Source of the DNA: an uncultured Gemmatimonadales bacterium | Lineage (GTDB): Bacteria > Gemmatimonadota > Gemmatimonadetes > Gemmatimonadales > Gemmatimonadaceae | NCBI GenBank assembly: GCA_963850905.1 | Contig: CAWKMU010000004.1 | Coordinates: 544,001-608,000, forward strand | Length of the DNA: 64,000 nt | Direction: 5' to 3' | In this document: one piece after another, positions 59,765 to 64,000 of the stretch | Layout: each line of letters starts with the position of its first letter | How positions within the stretch are numbered: the stretch's first letter is position 1 | The notes under the pieces: generated by a model | The model's input: only the letters and a program-made list of their open reading frames with translations | Database searches by the model: none | Told to the model about the DNA's origin: nothing | Made by a program: the position numbers and the translations under genes

Positions 59765-61524
59765 TGCGCCGCCGGCTGAGCGCTAGCGACCTGTCCGACC
59801 TTGTACACGACCTTGCCGCCCACGATCGTGTACAGGACCTTCGTTCCGAGGATCGAGTCCGGCGGCACGGTCATGATGTCGTGGTCGAGGACCACGATGT
59901 CCGCGTACTTGCCGGGCGCGAGCGAGCCGCTCTGACGCTCCTGAAATGCAACGTACGCGCCGTTCACGCTGTACGTCTTGAGCGCCTGCTCCCGAGTGAG
60001 CGCTTGCTCCGGGAAGAACGCCGAATCCGTGCCGACGATGTCGCGCGTCACGCTGCAATGGAACGACGCGATGGGGCTGATGGCTTCGACGGGGACGTCG
60101 GTCCCGTTCGTGACGACGGCGCCGGTCTTCCAGAGGGACTGCCATACGTAGGCACCTTGCTTTGCGCGCTCTTCCCCGAGCCGCGGGATGACGTACCGGG
60201 CGTCGGAGCAGGCGTGGATGCCCTGCATCGAGGCCACCACCCCAAGCTGAGCAAACCGTGGGATGTCTGCCGGATTCAGGTGCTGGGCATGCTCGATGCG
60301 CCAGCGCAGCGTGTCGCCCTTGACGTGGTGCTCGTCGAAGACCGCCTGGTACGTGTCGAGCGTTTCCTTGTTTGCGCGATCACCGATCGCATGCACGGAG
60401 ATCTGGAACCCGTGTGCGATCCCGATCTCCGCGATTTCCTTGATCCGCGGCATCGGCGTGACGTTGAGACCCGTGTTCGTCGGGTCGTCGTCGTACGGCT
60501 TGAGCATCCAGGCGCTCCTGGAGCCGAGTGCGCCGTCTGCCGTGACCTCACCGATCGCGCGCACGGTCAGATGGCCGTCGCCGTAGTCGACCATCCGATG
60601 TGCCACGAGGGAATCGACGTCATCGGGTCGCACTTCGTCCCGGCCCACCAGAATGTAAAGGCGGAGCGGCATGTGCCCCTCGTCGACGATCTTCTTGATC
60701 GCATCGATTGTCGCGAACGACTCTCCCATGTCCTGGAAGCTCGTCACGCCGTTGGCGACCGCGTTCTGCGTGGCGAGGAACACCTGCCGGCGGAAGTCAG
60801 CGTCGACCTCTGCTGGCGTGCGCGTAGCCAGGTTTTTTGCGAGGGCGCGCCCGACGAGCACCTGCGCGCCGTCCACCAGGACGCCAGTCGGCCGTCCACG
60901 CTCGTCCTTGATGATCTCACCCCCGGGTGGGTTCGGGGTGGAGGGCCCGATGCCCGCCAGTCGAAGCGCCACGTCATTCGCGATGAGTGCGTGACCGCTC
61001 GCGTGCTCGAGAACCACGGGATTCTTCGGCGCCGCTTGGTTGATCAGATCGTTCGTCTGGAAGCCCTTCACGACGCGTCCAGGGGAGACGTCCCACTTCT
61101 CCTGGTGCCAGCCGCGCCCCTGAATCCACGCGGCTGGCTTCGCGGTCTTGGCGGCGTCGCCGACCATCTGCGCGATCTGCTGCCATGAAGGCACGCCCAT
61201 CAGGTCCAGCTCAGTGAGCCCCCTACCCAATCCGGTGAAGTGGCCGTGCGACTCGATGAACCCCGGGATGGCGAGGTGGCCCTGGAGGTCGATGACCTTC
61301 GTACCGGGGCCAACATAGCGCCCGATCTCGGCGTCGGACCCGACGGCAATGATCCGATCGCCGGTGATCGCGACCCCCTGTCCTTCGGGGCTGGTCGAGT
61401 CCATCGTGACGACCTTGCCGTTGCGAATGACCGTATCGGCTGGGGCAACGCGCGCGGCGCATCCCGCGGTCAGAAAGGACAGGAACGGGAGGTATGCGAG
61501 GATCGCGAGCGGGGGCTTGTTCAT
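59761..61524 (-). CDS. Amidohydrolase family 3 (YtcJ-like) lipoprotein
   Basis: PGFIESHGH, DGALGSRSA, HAIGDRAN, RIEHAQ, GTDVP, GKYADIVVL. Confidence 0.93.
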   Translation of the reverse strand: MNKPPLAILAYLPFLSFLTAGCAARVAPADTVIRNGKVVTMDSTSPEGQGVAITGDRIIAVGSDAEIGRYVGPGTKVIDLQGHLAIPGFIESHGHFTGLGRGLTELDLMGVPSWQQIAQMVGDAAKTAKPAAWIQGRGWHQEKWDVSPGRVVKGFQTNDLINQAAPKNPVVLEHASGHALIANDVALRLAGIGPSTPNPPGGEIIKDERGRPTGVLVDGAQVLVGRALAKNLATRTPAEVDADFRRQVFLATQNAVANGVTSFQDMGESFATIDAIKKIVDEGHMPLRLYILVGRDEVRPDDVDSLVAHRMVDYGDGHLTVRAIGEVTADGALGSRSAWMLKPYDDDPTNTGLNVTPMPRIKEIAEIGIAHGFQISVHAIGDRANKETLDTYQAVFDEHHVKGDTLRWRIEHAQHLNPADIPRFAQLGVVASMQGIHACSDARYVIPRLGEERAKQGAYVWQSLWKTGAVVTNGTDVPVEAISPIASFHCSVTRDIVGTDSAFFPEQALTREQALKTYSVNGAYVAFQERQSGSLAPGKYADIVVLDHDIMTVPPDSILGTKVLYTIVGGKVVYKVGQVASAQPAAQ

Positions 61525-61595
61525 GAGAGCGGAGAGGCGAATGAGGTTCGGGACGGCGTTCGAACATTGCGGACGGAACGCGGTTACACCAGGGG

Positions 61596-62156
61596 CTAGT
61601 GGCCGGTGGCTTCTCCGCCCGGAGCGAACGGACGCCCCTCGCTAGCGGGGCGCCGCACGGCGTTTCCGTTCGCAAGCAGCGCCACGACCGCCCAGACCTG
61701 CGCACAAGACGCGAGCGCGCCAAAAACGGCCCTGATGGAGTCCCACTGGTAAAAGCCTTCGAAGGCCTGCCGCAGTGCGACTGGATCGCTGCCGAGTCGC
61801 GGGACCTTCAGCATGATCGGCGCCGCCTGCGTCGTCAGGAGTATCACCCCGATGTGCATGAGGGCGGCGCCGTACACCGGTACCGCCACAGACCACGGGC
61901 GTAAGCGACTGGTGCGAAAGCTGATCGCCGCCGCGAGCACCAATACCGTGCTGCCGATCCCGGCAACCGGATAGATGATCCTCCCGTTTCCGAGATCGGC
62001 CAGACGGCTGAATGCTGCCCACGCGTTCGGCCCGAGCGCTCGCCAGGCGGGCATCTCCACGATCGTGCGATTCAAGTTGTCGCCGACGGCGCCAATGACG
62101 AGCGTTGCCACAATGCATCCGAGCGCCAGCCGCCATGACTCGAGCCCCTTGGTCAT
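61596..62156 (-). CDS. DUF1772-like (anthrone oxygenase family) membrane protein
   Basis: Four TM helices, VEMPAWRAL..W..FSR.ADLGNG, W..IR. Confidence 0.65.
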   Translation of the reverse strand: MTKGLESWRLALGCIVATLVIGAVGDNLNRTIVEMPAWRALGPNAWAAFSRLADLGNGRIIYPVAGIGSTVLVLAAAISFRTSRLRPWSVAVPVYGAALMHIGVILLTTQAAPIMLKVPRLGSDPVALRQAFEGFYQWDSIRAVFGALASCAQVWAVVALLANGNAVRRPASEGRPFAPGGEATGH

Positions 62157-62216
62157 GTTTCCCCCCGTGTTGTCCGCGTAGCGCGGTGTGCCAGGAAAAC
62201 CTCGTCCGGTGCCTGG

Positions 62217-62237
62217 ATACCTCGTATAGCGAGGTAT
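62217..62237. promoter_or_regulatory. Perfect inverted repeat, candidate PadR operator
   Basis: ATACCTCG-TATAG-CGAGGTAT between divergent genes; minus-strand TTGACA at 62266-62261. Confidence 0.6.
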
Positions 62238-62386
62238 ATGTACGGCACAGGGGGCGGTCCTGTCAACCGGCTTGGCCGTGGGAAGCCCACGTGGCCCGAG
62301 TGAATGGCGTTCTCAATGGCGCTGCCGACGCGCAGGGTGTATGCTCCGCACGCAGACCAGCGCGATCCGCACGGAGGAGATTCGGG

Positions 62387-62716
62387 GTGCCAGTCAGTCG
62401 CGAGCTATTGAAGGGCAGCATCGCCCTGTTGATCCTGAAGCTCTTGTCCGAACGTGACCGGTATGGCTACGAGATCATTCAGGAGGCGGCGCGCCGAACG
62501 GACAACGCCTTCGAGTTCAAGGAAGGCACATTGTATCCGGCCCTTCACCAACTCGAGAGACGGGGTTATCTCCGCTCCGAGTGGCGGGTCGCCAACAATG
62601 GCAAGCAACGGAAGTATTACGGCCTGACCGCCGCGGGCCGGAAGGCGGCGAGCCAGAGTCAGCGAGATTGGGCGCTCTTCACTCGTACGGTGAACGCGGT
62701 TCTCTCCAACGGCTGA
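62387..62716 (+). CDS. PadR family transcriptional regulator
   Basis: LLKGS, YGYEI, KEGTLYPALHQLE, RKYYGLT. RBS GGAGGAG. Confidence 0.93.
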   Translation: MPVSRELLKGSIALLILKLLSERDRYGYEIIQEAARRTDNAFEFKEGTLYPALHQLERRGYLRSEWRVANNGKQRKYYGLTAAGRKAASQSQRDWALFTRTVNAVLSNG

Positions 62717-62718
62717 CG

Positions 62719-63516
62719 ATGAGTCCCTGGCAGAACCTCGTCCGACAGGTCATTGCCCGGTCTCGCCTCCCCGGGGAACGACGTCGGCGCGAGCTTCTCT
62801 GCGAGCTGAGCGCTCACCTCGAGGACAGCGCGGAGGCACTCCGAGCCTACGGGTGCGATGACGCCGCGATCGAGCGCATGGTCGAGCTGCGGTTCGGCGA
62901 CCCGGACGCGCTGGGTCAGGCCTTCGCCATCGTGTATAGGCGCGAGCGGTGGGCGCGCTCTGCCGCGAGCATTCTCGTCCTGTTCGCGACGGCGACTCTG
63001 GCGGCGACGCTGGTCATTGGGGGGGTCCAGTCGCTCGTGGCGGTCGCGACGGCGCATCCATTGCGCGCGACATTCACTGACGTGATGTCGGAGCTGATCG
63101 GTATCGCGGCAGTTGCGATCGGCTACTGTAGCCCATACCTCGCCGAACGCCTGGGAGTGCAACCCGGAAGGCAAATCCTTGGCCTCGTCGCGGCCATCGG
63201 ATTAGCCGTCGGAGGCTATTGCATCGCGACGCCGCCGGCACACACGGCGCTGCCGATCGTGGCGTTTGCCTGCGCCGCCTCTGCTCGGCTCCTGCAATGC
63301 TTCAATGTGCCGCTTCTCTGGCTGGTTGGCACGGCCGGGCCACTGCTCGTCGCATGGTACGGACTCGGTCCGCTCATTGAGACCCGCCTGCCAGGCGCTC
63401 GACTCTTTCCGTGGTCCGTGTGGTGTGGCATCACAGGAGCCTGCCTCCTGCTCCGACCGATCGTGCGGCTCTTCGAAGGGCACGTGTTCAAGATCGACTC
63501 GGCAACGGGCGGGTAG
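62719..63516 (+). CDS. PadR-associated membrane protein (permease-prefix/HAAS-like N-terminus)
   Basis: ELSAHLED...RFGDPDAL followed by about 6 TM helices. Confidence 0.75.
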   Translation: MSPWQNLVRQVIARSRLPGERRRRELLCELSAHLEDSAEALRAYGCDDAAIERMVELRFGDPDALGQAFAIVYRRERWARSAASILVLFATATLAATLVIGGVQSLVAVATAHPLRATFTDVMSELIGIAAVAIGYCSPYLAERLGVQPGRQILGLVAAIGLAVGGYCIATPPAHTALPIVAFACAASARLLQCFNVPLLWLVGTAGPLLVAWYGLGPLIETRLPGARLFPWSVWCGITGACLLLRPIVRLFEGHVFKIDSATGG

Positions 63517-63664
63517 TGGTTCCCATCCGACATCCGCAATGAGTCGACTCGAATTGGGCATTGCTCCACAGTTCTTGCGCCGCATTGATCGCCGGGACGC
63601 TTAGCGTCGCGGGGTCCGCCGCAGCGCAAATGCTGCCCCTCTTCCGCGGACCTTGCCCGAACTG

Positions 63665-64000
63665 TTACCAAATGTAGGGGACGAGACGGTAGCGCACGGC
63701 GCGCGTGTATTCGGTGTACCCAGGTAGATTCTCGCGAAGGTATTTCTCTTCGTCTACGAGTCGCCACGCGAGCACACCGATGACGATCGGCGTCAGGAGG
63801 AACCCGTACCATGAGCCAAGCGCGAGCGGCGCCCCGAGACACACCAGGATCGCGCCGGCATACATCGGGTGCCGGACGATCGCATAGGGGCCGGTCGATA
63901 CGACCGTTTGCCCTTCGACGACGTCTATCGTTGCAGCGGCGAAGCGGTTCTCCCTGACCACGAGGAAGTAGATAAGAATCCCGAGTGCGGCGAATACGTC
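63665..64000 (-). CDS. Isoprenylcysteine carboxylmethyltransferase family protein (partial)
   Basis: GPYAIVRHPMY, EEKYL, YRLVPYIW. Confidence 0.9.
   Translation of the reverse strand, partial: DVFAALGILIYFLVVRENRFAAATIDVVEGQTVVSTGPYAIVRHPMYAGAILVCLGAPLALGSWYGFLLTPIVIGVLAWRLVDEEKYLRENLPGYTEYTRAVRYRLVPYIW

Overview
High-GC bacterial window. The gene repertoire looks Gemmatimonadota-like, which is inference only. About 60 CDS; no rRNA, tRNA or CRISPR seen. Much of it reads as a stress-response and accessory region: two OhrR-type MarR regulators, small general-stress genes (CsbD, DUF883/ElaB, lmo0937, a YciF remnant), two KaiC-like ATPase/histidine kinase operons, MacAB, a P-type H+-ATPase, phosphoketolase/acetate kinase, a degenerate relaxase, an ECF sigma/anti-sigma pair with cupredoxins, and several hydrolases and oxidoreductases. 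Signals not visible in the ORF track: (1) a probable selenoprotein, a DsbA/FrnE-like protein with an in-frame UGA in a U-P-F-C motif followed by a bacterial SECIS-like hairpin (46254-46865); (2) two KaiC-kinase modules without KaiA/KaiB, one coupled to an Asp-less pseudo-receiver and the other carrying a C-terminal winged helix; (3) three near-consensus sigma70 promoters with the same OhrR-like operator in the same register, suggesting a local regulon of secreted proteins with no ohr gene; (4) a ModE box between a truncated ModE and a porin gene; (5) back-to-back ECF promoters with identical spacing. Three genes carry single-base insertions (kaiC-like, xfp, a hydrolase) that may be sequencing errors.
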